Assembly: GCA_045544955.1 (NCBI GenBank) | Contig: JAZPZY010000029.1 | Span: forward strand, 24,412-88,411 | DNA: 64,000 nucleotides | Direction: 5' to 3' | Source of the DNA: Eubacteriales bacterium | Lineage (GTDB): Bacteria; Bacillota; Clostridia; Oscillospirales; CAG-272 | In this document: positions 1 to 8,907 of the stretch, piece after piece | Position numbering within the stretch: position 1 is the stretch's first letter | How the letters are laid out: every line of letters begins with the position of its first letter | Notes under the pieces: generated by a model | Told to the model about the DNA's origin: nothing | The model's database searches: none | What the model saw: the letters and a program-made list of their open reading frames with translations, nothing else | Program-made: the position numbers and the translations under genes

Positions 1-1587
1 ACAAAACTGTACGAATACGCATTTCTTTCGTCAGATCTTGACAAGTCGGATAACAAGTATCTGGCACTCAGCGGCAGGATCATGAATCTGGCAAACGAAG
101 CCAATTCCGCCTCCTTCTTCCTCTCTCCCATGCTGGTAAAGATCAAGGACAAGACGCTTGATACGTGGTACACCGAACTGCCCAAACTGTCCGAGTTCCG
201 GCGAACCATTGAGCTGACCCGCCGCTATCGCAAGTACACGCTTTCCGATGATAAGGAACAGCTTTTAGCGGACGTCGGCATCTGCCTTGGCACCAACGCT
301 AAGGTGGAGGGCGTTTTCTCCAATGCCGATCTGACCTTTGGCAAGATCCGCAATGCAGAGGGAAAGCTGGTTGAGTTGACCAATTCCACCTACGTGCTCC
401 ATCTTACCAGCAAGGACAGACGCGTCCGTCGTGCTGCCTTTAAGAAACTCTATGCCACCTACAAGCAGTTTGGCAACACCTTTGCTTCCTTGCTCGGTAA
501 TACCGTAAAGGAGAGAACCACTCTTGCGAAGATCAGAGGATTTAACTCCAGCATTGAGGCATCCACCTTCAACGACGAGGTAACGCCCGTTATTTATAAC
601 AACCTCATTGACACCGTTAACCGTAATATGCAGGTCGTTTACGACTATTTCGATCTGAAAAAAGAGGTTTTGGGACTTCCTGCTTTGCACATGTATGACC
701 TCTATACGCCCCTTATTCCCGATTGTACCAAGGAATATAGTTTCGACGAGGCAGTAGAAACGGTTATTGATACGGTAAGAATCCTCGGGGACGAGTACGC
801 AGGCACACTGGAGGATGGGATCAAGAATCAGAAGTGGGTTGACGTATACCCCACAAAGGGGAAACGCGGCGGTGCGTACAGCGCCGGCTGCTATGACACA
901 CAGCCGTATATTCTTCTCAACTATAACGAAAAGATTGATGACGTTTCTACTCTTGCACATGAAGCGGGACACTCCATGCACTCCTACTATTCCCGTAAGC
1001 ACAACACCCCGCAGGAGTCGAACTACACGATTTTCGTAGCAGAGGTTGCCTCTACCGTAAACGAATTGCTTTTCTGCCACAAGATGCTTCGTGAGTCAAG
1101 CAGTCGGGAAGAGAAGCTGTCCATCCTCAACCAGCTGATGGAAACCTATAAGGGGACGCTTTACCGTCAGACCATGTTTGCAGAGTTTGAACGTGACATT
1201 CACGCTATGACCGAGTCCGGCGTCACACTCACGCAGGAAAGCCTTTGCGATACGTACTACAATATCGTAAAGAAATATTTCGGCAAGAGCGTCGTGTGCG
1301 ATAAGGAGATTGCGCTTGAATGGATGAGAATCCCTCACTTCTACCGCTCCTTCTACGTATACAAGTACGCTACCTGTATTTCTGCAGCATCTGCCATTGT
1401 GCACAGAATTGAGAATGAAGGCGAAGCGTATATCAAGCAGTACCTTGCATTCCTTTCCTGCGGCGGCAGAATCAGTCCTGTTGACAGCTTGAAGGTTGCC
1501 GGCATTGATATGGCTGACCCGTCCGTTGTAGATGCGGCTATTACAGACTTCAAAGAAGCGATCGAAATGTTCAAAGAACTTTATTGA
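1..1587 (+). CDS. pepF: Oligoendopeptidase F (M3B metallopeptidase), N-terminus cut by window edge
   Basis: Frame 1 is open from base 1 (TKLYEYAFLSSDLDKSDNKYLALSGRIMNL...), so the ATG at 82 is internal. Zinc motif HEAGH occurs in LAHEAGHSMHSYYS. Overall sequence is typical of PepF-family peptidases (recalled family knowledge). Confidence 0.9.
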   Translation, partial: TKLYEYAFLSSDLDKSDNKYLALSGRIMNLANEANSASFFLSPMLVKIKDKTLDTWYTELPKLSEFRRTIELTRRYRKYTLSDDKEQLLADVGICLGTNAKVEGVFSNADLTFGKIRNAEGKLVELTNSTYVLHLTSKDRRVRRAAFKKLYATYKQFGNTFASLLGNTVKERTTLAKIRGFNSSIEASTFNDEVTPVIYNNLIDTVNRNMQVVYDYFDLKKEVLGLPALHMYDLYTPLIPDCTKEYSFDEAVETVIDTVRILGDEYAGTLEDGIKNQKWVDVYPTKGKRGGAYSAGCYDTQPYILLNYNEKIDDVSTLAHEAGHSMHSYYSRKHNTPQESNYTIFVAEVASTVNELLFCHKMLRESSSREEKLSILNQLMETYKGTLYRQTMFAEFERDIHAMTESGVTLTQESLCDTYYNIVKKYFGKSVVCDKEIALEWMRIPHFYRSFYVYKYATCISAASAIVHRIENEGEAYIKQYLAFLSCGGRISPVDSLKVAGIDMADPSVVDAAITDFKEAIEMFKELY

Positions 1588-1603
1588 TGAAAATAGATAA
1601 AAC

Positions 1604-1635
1604 GAGAACAGGACACCGGCAGGTGTCCTGTTCTC
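1604..1635. terminator. Strong hairpin after pepF, no clear U-tract
   Basis: Perfect 14-bp inverted repeat GAGAACAGGACACC-GGCA-GGTGTCCTGTTCTC read directly. No T-run follows on the + strand, so intrinsic-terminator status is uncertain. Confidence 0.45.
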
Positions 1636-1898
1636 CCGAGGGTGAAATACAATATGAGGAAGGTCTTTTATACATAACATTTGAAGATATGGGTTCCCTG
1701 AAGGAAAAGATTCTTTCAGAGCCTGAGAATTACGAGATAATTCCAATCTGTTTAAAGGAAAAACAGGGAGAACTTTCTCTGTCGGGCTCTGCATGGCCTG
1801 ATTGACGAAGGAGCGTTCTTTTTCCATTTAAAAATATTTGGTATAGCACAATTCCTCTTTGGAGATTTGAATATGATGTTTGATAAGGAGACAATATC

Positions 1899-2384
1899 GT
1901 GAGCAGAAAACTTGTAGCATACTTTTCCGCAAGCGGTGTGACCGCAAAACTGGCGAAGACTTTATCCGAAGCCATCGGTGCAGACCTGTATGCCATTGAG
2001 CCGGCAGTGTCTTACACCAAGGCAGATCTTAACTGGATGGACAAAAACTCCCGCAGCAGCGTGGAGATGAGGGATCCTGCATCCCGGCCGGCAATTGCAG
2101 GCAAGCGTGACAACATGGACGAATACGATACCATTTTCGTGGGCTTCCCGATCTGGTGGTATGTGGCACCGACCATCATCAATACGTTCTTTGAAAGCTA
2201 CGATCTCACTGGCAAGACCATCATCCCCTTTGCCACTTCCGGGGGAAGCGGCATGGGCAAGACGAACGAAAAACTGCAGCCCAGCTGTCCGGGTGCCAAG
2301 CTGGTGGAAGGCAAGGTGTGGAAGAAGGATGCCCATGGGAGCGATCTTGCGGCCTGGGCAGAGAACCCGGTCTGCGGACTGTGA
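1899..2384 (+). CDS. Flavodoxin-family protein
   Basis: GTG start 8 nt after AAGGAG. Short-chain flavodoxin-like motifs YFSASGVT (FMN phosphate loop), FVGFPIWWY and PFATSGGSG. Confidence 0.8.
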   Translation: MSRKLVAYFSASGVTAKLAKTLSEAIGADLYAIEPAVSYTKADLNWMDKNSRSSVEMRDPASRPAIAGKRDNMDEYDTIFVGFPIWWYVAPTIINTFFESYDLTGKTIIPFATSGGSGMGKTNEKLQPSCPGAKLVEGKVWKKDAHGSDLAAWAENPVCGL

Positions 2385-2477
2385 AACAGCGGCGAAATTT
2401 GGTGATTACTGCCACTGTATCCCGGCTTTTTTATTTCGGTCAAAATGGATGCCTTGCGGATAAAGAATACTTGCGGG

Positions 2478-2512
2478 GGTGTTGCATCACAAATGCAGCA
2501 CCTCCGTTTTTT
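2478..2512 (+). terminator. Rho-independent terminator downstream of the flavodoxin gene
   Basis: GGTGTTGCAT-CACAA-ATGCAGCACC stem-loop (one G-T pair) followed by TCCGTTTTTT. Confidence 0.65.
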
Positions 2513-2549
2513 CAACCGGAATTTTTGCGGAAAATTTGGCAGAAGCCTA

Positions 2550-2605
2550 TTGACAATGCGTGTCTACTGTGGTAGACTGTACACAGAAAGTCTACTGGTG
2601 TAGAC
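2550..2605 (+). promoter_or_regulatory. blaI/blaR1 promoter with two palindromic operators
   Basis: TTGACA (2550-2555), 17-nt spacer, TAGACT (2573-2578). Two perfect palindromes GTCTAC-N4-GTAGAC lie at 2562-2577 and 2590-2605. The first overlaps the -10 element, as expected for BlaI/MecI/CopY-type autorepression. Confidence 0.7.
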
Positions 2606-2626
2606 AAATGAGCGGAGGAAATACGT

Positions 2627-2998
2627 ATGAGCATACCGAAGATACACGAAGGGGAATACCGTTTTTGTCTGATTCTGTGGGAGCATGAACCGGTCAGTGC
2701 AGGGGATCTTGCCAGATTGTGTGCTGATCAGCTGGGATGGAAACGGACGACAACCTATACGATCATCAAGCGTTTAGGAGAGCGAGGCGTTCTCAGGAAC
2801 GATAACGGTACCGTTACCTCTCTTATTTCCAAGGAGGACGCCCAGTCCTATGAGATCGACGAGCTGGTGGAAAAGCGGTTTGAAGGCTCGCTGCCGGCAT
2901 TTCTGGCGGCGTTTACCAAACGGCAGGATGTGTCCGCAGATGAACTGGACGAACTGCAGGCGATGATCGATCGGGCAAGAAAAGGAGGCGGCAAATGA
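2627..2998 (+). CDS. BlaI/MecI/CopY-family winged-helix transcriptional repressor
   Basis: 123 aa. GGAGGA RBS. N-terminal wHTH-like sequence (WKRTTTYTIIKRLGERGVL). ATGA overlap with the downstream M56 gene. Confidence 0.85.
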   Translation: MSIPKIHEGEYRFCLILWEHEPVSAGDLARLCADQLGWKRTTTYTIIKRLGERGVLRNDNGTVTSLISKEDAQSYEIDELVEKRFEGSLPAFLAAFTKRQDVSADELDELQAMIDRARKGGGK

Positions 2999-5244
2999 CG
3001 GGAATCTTTCTCTATATCGTTAATATGAGTATCACCGCAACCGTACTGGCTGCTGTGGTGTTGCTCTTGCGTCTGCTTTTGAAGAAGGCACCGAAATGGA
3101 TCAGTGTGCTTTTATGGGGATTGGTGGCCTTGCGGCTGATCTGTCCGTTTGCCATGGAGAGCCCCTTCAGTTTGATGCCGAAAACGGATTGGGTTGAAAG
3201 GGAACCCGTGACGGAGGAGAATTTTTTTCTGAACAGTGTACCGGACAGTATCCCTGCTTTTGATTCATCATCCTTTGCGGAAGATATCACGGTACACTAT
3301 TATACGATGGAGATTCCGGAGATCGAACTCTACAAAGACGACGGTGTATACTCTATTTTGGCCTGTGTCTGGGCGGCGGGAATGGTGGCGCTTCTTCTGT
3401 ATACGGTGATCTCAACTGTCCGTCTTCGCAGAAGCATCGGAGCGGCGGTTTGGGTTCGTGATAGCGTATGGGAAAGTTCCGCCGTGGATTCGCCGTTTGT
3501 TCTCGGCATTATCCGACCGCGTATCTATGTCCCCCGCGGTATGACGGAAGAAAAACTCGCTTACGTTATCGCCCATGAACAGGCACATATCCGCAGGAAA
3601 GATCACTTATGGAAGCCGCTTGGATTCCTTCTTCTGGCGGTGCACTGGTTCAATCCCGTGATGTGGCTTTCGTATATTTTGCTTTGCCGGGATATTGAGA
3701 TGGCGTGTGATGAGCGGGTGGTGAAAGAATATGACAGCCCGCAGCGTGCCGATTATTCCGAGGCTCTGCTGGAATGCAGTGTAAGGCGGTCGATGATCTC
3801 CGCCTGTCCGCTGGCATTCGGCGAAGTCGGGGTAAAACAACGGATCAAGTCAGTGCTGAACTATAAGAAGCCCGCATTCTGGATCGTGATGCTGGCGGTG
3901 GTTGCGTGTACAGTGACAGCGGTGTGCTTCCTCACAAATCCGATGTCAATACCGAATCCGTGGGTCAAGGAGTACGTGGTCGGCGGGGAAGGCATACTGG
4001 GGCAAGTGGATAAAGAAAAGTACGAAAGCGTGCACGAAGATTTTGCCATTGGTGCCGATAAATACGGGCGTGCTGTCTTTAAGGATCCTGGCAAAGCCTT
4101 TTCTACTATGAAAGGACTGTATAAAGAGGGACTGACACAGATCCGCAGGGAAAAGAATCTGCCGCCCATTTCGCAAATGACGTATAAACTTTACAAAAAA
4201 TACGGCTGGCAGGTAACGTCCGGCTCAGCAGAGGCACAGAAGCAGGCTTCTTTTATCTCCGGCTTTTTGGATATTTACGAAAACAGCTTTGATACGGAAA
4301 AGCCGAACACAGATCTTCCTGCCCCCACAGTGGAAGGGGACTTGGGGACGGATACAGTTATCGCTTCCAATGTTGCAGAAGAACCGCTTCCCTATGAAAC
4401 GCTGAAACAGCAGCAGGAAGAAATATGGGAATATTGCAAGGCCGTAGTAAGTGCTTCAGTTATTATAGAGTATCAGGAGAAAATTTTATCTGCCGCTTGC
4501 AATCCCGGTGAAAATTATGTTACGGTTTTTGTACATGATTTTTCTGAGGAAGACGTACAGCGTTTTGAAAAAACATTTGGTCATTTATCGTATATTCTCG
4601 TTTCTGTGGAGGAACCCATAGAAACGTCCCCGGAATCCCCCAAACAACTGACCCTTGACGACGTGATCACTCTCTCCGATAAGGGCGACGATCTCACCTG
4701 GGAGGATTTCGCTGAGTATTCCCATACCGATATCGGCTCGGGACTGTATATCTGGCATCTTCCCATTGATGAACTTTTTTCCGTAAAGGTCGGCGGCGGT
4801 TCGATCATGACGGCACCAATGTATATTTATCTTTGTGCAGGATCCGGTGAGCAGGAAACACGGATAGACATCCGCGACGGCGGCGTGAGGTCTTTCATCG
4901 AAGTGCAGAAGAGCCTGGGTGATGCGCTGCTGTTCGGCAATCCCCTCCGTTATTACGTTGAGTTGGCATGGGAAGAAGCAAAACAGATCGCAGAATCTAA
5001 AAACGTGGAAATTGATAAAAACCGTTTTTTAATCGGGCATGTCGGGAATGATGCGGCTATATGGGTTGATTTTTATATAAAAACCGATGGAGCGTGGAGC
5101 CGTGAAACGATAAGAATCACCATAATGCCAAGTGTAGACGGCACGTACCGAGTAGTGAATGATCCGCTGATCGTCATACCTGATACACCCGCTGAGACTT
5201 CCGGCGAATTTGAGTATCGTCCGATTCCCGGGGAAGAGACGTGA
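2995..5244 (+). CDS. BlaR1/MecR1-like M56 peptidase signal transducer with a long non-PBP C-terminal domain
   Basis: N-terminal transmembrane helices. Zinc motif HEQAH in VIAHEQAHIRRKDH. About 420 aa C-terminal region follows the last TM segment and has no recognisable penicillin-binding KTG-type motif. Confidence 0.8.
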   Translation: MTGIFLYIVNMSITATVLAAVVLLLRLLLKKAPKWISVLLWGLVALRLICPFAMESPFSLMPKTDWVEREPVTEENFFLNSVPDSIPAFDSSSFAEDITVHYYTMEIPEIELYKDDGVYSILACVWAAGMVALLLYTVISTVRLRRSIGAAVWVRDSVWESSAVDSPFVLGIIRPRIYVPRGMTEEKLAYVIAHEQAHIRRKDHLWKPLGFLLLAVHWFNPVMWLSYILLCRDIEMACDERVVKEYDSPQRADYSEALLECSVRRSMISACPLAFGEVGVKQRIKSVLNYKKPAFWIVMLAVVACTVTAVCFLTNPMSIPNPWVKEYVVGGEGILGQVDKEKYESVHEDFAIGADKYGRAVFKDPGKAFSTMKGLYKEGLTQIRREKNLPPISQMTYKLYKKYGWQVTSGSAEAQKQASFISGFLDIYENSFDTEKPNTDLPAPTVEGDLGTDTVIASNVAEEPLPYETLKQQQEEIWEYCKAVVSASVIIEYQEKILSAACNPGENYVTVFVHDFSEEDVQRFEKTFGHLSYILVSVEEPIETSPESPKQLTLDDVITLSDKGDDLTWEDFAEYSHTDIGSGLYIWHLPIDELFSVKVGGGSIMTAPMYIYLCAGSGEQETRIDIRDGGVRSFIEVQKSLGDALLFGNPLRYYVELAWEEAKQIAESKNVEIDKNRFLIGHVGNDAAIWVDFYIKTDGAWSRETIRITIMPSVDGTYRVVNDPLIVIPDTPAETSGEFEYRPIPGEET

Positions 5245-5320
5245 ACGGTGTGCAGCCGCCGGTTAGGAGATGGAAAAGGAGCCGACTGTAAAAAAACTGC
5301 AAAGGCATAGATGCAAAGCC

Positions 5321-6307
5321 TCATCCATTCTGGTATTCTATCTTTTGTTCTTTTTCTATCGGATATGCCGCAAGCGTTGTTCCCTGTAAGTCCTCTTTAT
5401 ACATGTCCACCGCCAATATCCGGCTGTTATCATATGTGGAATAATAATAGATCCCGCGGTCGGCATTACAGCAACAGCTGTATACGGTAATATCATAAAG
5501 CCCACGCCCTGCCTGCACGCATCCGCGCTGCATTTCCACAGCCTTCAGTATGTGGAAAAACGGGCTTACGCTTTCCGCTTCAGTGTTTGCGGATACAGAA
5601 TTCAGCTTCACGAATACCGCTCTTACAAACCGTGACATAGACGATGCATCTCCCGGCAGCCCCAGCGCACCCATTCCGCGGGAATACGTCTTTAATGCCA
5701 AAGAACTGTTTTCTCCGGCAAAGGTATTTTCCGGCTCTCCGTTTGTGAGACGCATATAATCGTTCAGATGAAACATATGATAATCAAACGTTGGATTGTT
5801 TGTAAGCACGCCTACCGGATTGTCATAAATTTTGATGCCTTCTATTACGGGTTCTACCGTAATAGAGCGTTCTCTGTCGGAGATGATCCAGTGAAGGGGG
5901 GATAGCGGAAGCGCATTGCTGAAGTTTTCGTTCAAAAGATTGATCCGCTTCAGCAGGATTTCTGCCTCTGCTACCGAAGAACACTGCCCCAGGATAAAAG
6001 GAATCAGTTCAAACGGTGTTACGTTGTCTTTCCCCTCGCAATACGGCTTATAGTCTGCATTTTCCGGAAAATGCAGACCGGCTGCACAAAGTCCTTTTTC
6101 ATTTATTGCATCATAATATAAGGGATAGTTTTCAGAAATATACGCCATGCCGATCATTGCAAAATGACTTTCCATGTTTTCCATCTTGCGAAAAGGAAAT
6201 ACGTAATTTCGCGGAGTAATGGTGACAGTTTCTTTATACGAGAATTCCAAATCCAGATTTCTGCCGAAATAATGATCTTTCGTTTTGTAAGTGATGGCTG
6301 TACACAT
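5321..6307 (-). CDS. Choloylglycine hydrolase / linear amide C-N hydrolase (Ntn; bile salt hydrolase-penicillin V acylase family)
   Basis: Starts MCTAITYKTKDHYFGRNLDLEF, with Cys2 as the Ntn nucleophile as in clostridial BSH. 328 aa. GGGAGA RBS 7 nt upstream. Confidence 0.85.
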   Translation of the reverse strand: MCTAITYKTKDHYFGRNLDLEFSYKETVTITPRNYVFPFRKMENMESHFAMIGMAYISENYPLYYDAINEKGLCAAGLHFPENADYKPYCEGKDNVTPFELIPFILGQCSSVAEAEILLKRINLLNENFSNALPLSPLHWIISDRERSITVEPVIEGIKIYDNPVGVLTNNPTFDYHMFHLNDYMRLTNGEPENTFAGENSSLALKTYSRGMGALGLPGDASSMSRFVRAVFVKLNSVSANTEAESVSPFFHILKAVEMQRGCVQAGRGLYDITVYSCCCNADRGIYYYSTYDNSRILAVDMYKEDLQGTTLAAYPIEKEQKIEYQNG

Positions 6308-6463
6308 ATTGCAATCTCCCGTTACGCATTGCCGTTTCCGACGTGCGAAGACAAAGTGCTTTCATATCCCGCTGGTGTGATCATCCGGAGAGGCTTTATT
6401 TAGTACAGTTCCCATAAGGCAGATGTTTTATAACAGTTTTGTTTTTTCATAACCTCAACATGA

Positions 6464-6498
6464 GCAAAAAGGGGCTGTTGCACGGAAATGCAACAGCC
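6464..6498 (-). terminator. Insulating terminator hairpin upstream of the BSH-family gene promoter
   Basis: On the - strand: GGCTGTTGCA-TTTCCG-TGCAACAGCC followed by CCTTTTTGC. A TTGAGG ... TGTTATAAA promoter-like sequence lies downstream of it, about 120 nt before the start codon. Confidence 0.55.
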
Positions 6499-6666
6499 TC
6501 GATTTGTTTGTTCGGGTGAAAAAGAGATTCATCTGCCGGTCAAAAGATGGAAATATGGCTTTTGGACACAAAAGCAACCTGAGTAAAAAAATCGGCAATA
6601 TATCGCTGTAAAGTGCGGGTTCATTGTGCTATACTATCCCTATATGATGCCGCAGGGAGATGAACA

Positions 6667-8901
6667 ATGACACAGGAATATTATTTCGGACGGGCAAAAT
6701 GGGTGGGAGCCGCCCAAAGAACGCCTGGCACCTTTTCCGTGTTACGCGGGAAGTTTTCGTTGGAGTCAGTGAAAAAAGTGTCTTTGCACGTTCTGGGACT
6801 GGGCTTCTTCAAGTGCTACATAAACGGCATCTGTGTGAATCCCGATACGTTTCTGCCTCTTTCCTCCGATTATGAAGGCAGCTGTGATCCCAGAGACGAG
6901 ATCCTGTCAGGACACCGGATCTACGTGCCGCATTTTGATATAACGGATTTCGCTGAAATTGGGGAAAACACCATCGCCGTCCACTTCGGCGGTGGCTGGT
7001 ACACCCATCCGGAACGTATTTACGGTCTCCCGAAAGCGATCTACCGCATTACAGCCGAGGAGAAGGGCAAAACGGCGGAGTACGTATCGGATGAAAACTG
7101 CCGTATCGGTGCAGGATATATCGAGGACTATCACTTTACGCAATACGAGCGTCAGAACTACGGTGAGCATCCGCTGTGCTTTGACGGAAACTTTGACGAT
7201 AGCCAGTGGGACAGAGCGACGATTGCAGAGCCCCTTCAGACGGAGTACTGTGAGACGGATTGCCCCGTGGACGCTTTGATCGAAACACTGGCTGTCCGGA
7301 GAGTAGAAAACGGCATGGGACGTGCCGTGTACGACTGCGGACAGAATACCACCGGTTATCCCGTTTTTACGATCCGGGCAAAAAAAGGCGAAAAGGTGCA
7401 GGTCCTGTTTTCCGAGGAGATCCTGGAGAATGGGATGCTGGACAGCACCCACGCCCACGGACAGGAATTTTCCATAATAAGCGACGGTACGGTGCGGTGT
7501 GTGCAGCCGGAGTTTACCTGGTTCGGATTCCGGTACTTTGCGGTGATCGGTGCGGCGGAGCCCCAATGCGTCAAGGTCGTACATGCGGATATACCGATCT
7601 GCTCCACTTTTGACAGCGATAACGAAACGCTGAACTGGACGTATAAAACCTTTATCCATACCATGCTTTGCAATATGCATACGGGGCATCCCTCCGATTG
7701 TCCCCACATTGAGCGGCTGGGATATACCGGCGACGGCCAGCTGACCTGTCACGCATCCCTGTCGGTGCTGGATGCCGGGCGTTTTTATAAAAAATGGCTG
7801 CAGGACATTGCGGACGGGCAGGATACGCTTACCGGGCACGTGCAGTATACCGCTCCCTATATGTTCAGTGGCGGCGGACCCGGCGGCTGGGGCTGTGCCA
7901 TTGTTATGGTGCCATATCAGTTGTACCGGCATTTCGGCGATACGGATATTCTCAAAAAATATTACCCCAACATGCGCCGCTATATCGATTATCTGGAGGA
8001 ACATTCGGAGTTTGGTCTGGTCACCAGCGATAAGGAAGGAGACTGGTGCCTCGGCGATTGGTGCGGTCCGAATATTCTGTACCCCGATAAGGATATCACC
8101 TGCCACAACCAGCAGGTGATCCTGCCGGCACCCATGGTAAATACGTATTTCATGGTGAAGTCCCTAAGGACGATGTGTGAGATTGCCCGTATCATTGGCA
8201 AGACGGAGGATATCCCGGAATACGAAGAAAAAGCGGCGTACCGTTCAAACGTGATCCGGGCGGCCTATTTCAATACCTTTGACGGCAATTTCATCATGAA
8301 CGTACAGGGTGCTAACGTATACGGGGCGGATTTGGGGTTGGGAGACGAAAGAACCTACGCCAATATCGTTGATTATTACGAAAAACTTGGCTGCTTTGAT
8401 ACGGGAATTTTTGCCACGGATATTCTGCTCCGGCTGCTGTTTGAACACGGAGACGGAGAACTGGCCGTCCGCCTTCTCACGGAAAGCGGACGGCAGGGCT
8501 ATGGGCATTGGCGGCAAAACGGAGCCACCACCTTCCACGAATACTGGGACAGCGGCAGAAGCCGTTCCCATAATCATCCCATGTTCGGTGCTGCCGTTGC
8601 TTATTTCTTTGCGTATCTTCTGGGTATAAAGCAGAAGGATGGCACGGCGGGGTATACATCCCTGGTGATTGCACCGCAGACCGTTTCCACTCTGCATCGG
8701 ATGGCGGGCAGCATGAAAACACCAGGCGGAGAGGTTTCCGTCCGGTATGAAAAGGACGGCACTTCTGTTCGCTTTAACGTGGTGATTCCGCCACGTACCG
8801 AGGCGGTGTTTCGGTACGCCGGGGAAGAGTTGCCCCTTTCGGAGGGGAAAAACGAGATGGTTTTTCCTCTGAGCGGACAGAATAATACAAAGGACAGGTG
8901 A
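6667..8901 (+). CDS. GH78-family alpha-L-rhamnosidase-like glycoside hydrolase (cytoplasmic)
   Basis: 744 aa with no signal peptide. Contains the GH78-type signature PSDCPHIERLGYTGDGQ (compare DCPxRERxGWxGD). AGGGAG RBS. Confidence 0.75.
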   Translation: MTQEYYFGRAKWVGAAQRTPGTFSVLRGKFSLESVKKVSLHVLGLGFFKCYINGICVNPDTFLPLSSDYEGSCDPRDEILSGHRIYVPHFDITDFAEIGENTIAVHFGGGWYTHPERIYGLPKAIYRITAEEKGKTAEYVSDENCRIGAGYIEDYHFTQYERQNYGEHPLCFDGNFDDSQWDRATIAEPLQTEYCETDCPVDALIETLAVRRVENGMGRAVYDCGQNTTGYPVFTIRAKKGEKVQVLFSEEILENGMLDSTHAHGQEFSIISDGTVRCVQPEFTWFGFRYFAVIGAAEPQCVKVVHADIPICSTFDSDNETLNWTYKTFIHTMLCNMHTGHPSDCPHIERLGYTGDGQLTCHASLSVLDAGRFYKKWLQDIADGQDTLTGHVQYTAPYMFSGGGPGGWGCAIVMVPYQLYRHFGDTDILKKYYPNMRRYIDYLEEHSEFGLVTSDKEGDWCLGDWCGPNILYPDKDITCHNQQVILPAPMVNTYFMVKSLRTMCEIARIIGKTEDIPEYEEKAAYRSNVIRAAYFNTFDGNFIMNVQGANVYGADLGLGDERTYANIVDYYEKLGCFDTGIFATDILLRLLFEHGDGELAVRLLTESGRQGYGHWRQNGATTFHEYWDSGRSRSHNHPMFGAAVAYFFAYLLGIKQKDGTAGYTSLVIAPQTVSTLHRMAGSMKTPGGEVSVRYEKDGTSVRFNVVIPPRTEAVFRYAGEELPLSEGKNEMVFPLSGQNNTKDR

Positions 8902-8907
8902 TTGTTT

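Noticed and set aside
1584-1805. 73-aa ORF directly after pepF.
   Set aside because: It has no RBS, its start overlaps the pepF stop, it runs through the 14-bp terminator-like hairpin, and it has no recognisable family. It is probably non-coding spacer.
6308-6520. Riboswitch or attenuator in the leader of the BSH-family gene (a terminator hairpin upstream of the start codon).
   Set aside because: A promoter-like TTGAGG...TGTTATAAA lies downstream of the hairpin. The hairpin is therefore more simply an insulating terminator upstream of the promoter, and I could not identify an alternative antiterminator pairing.
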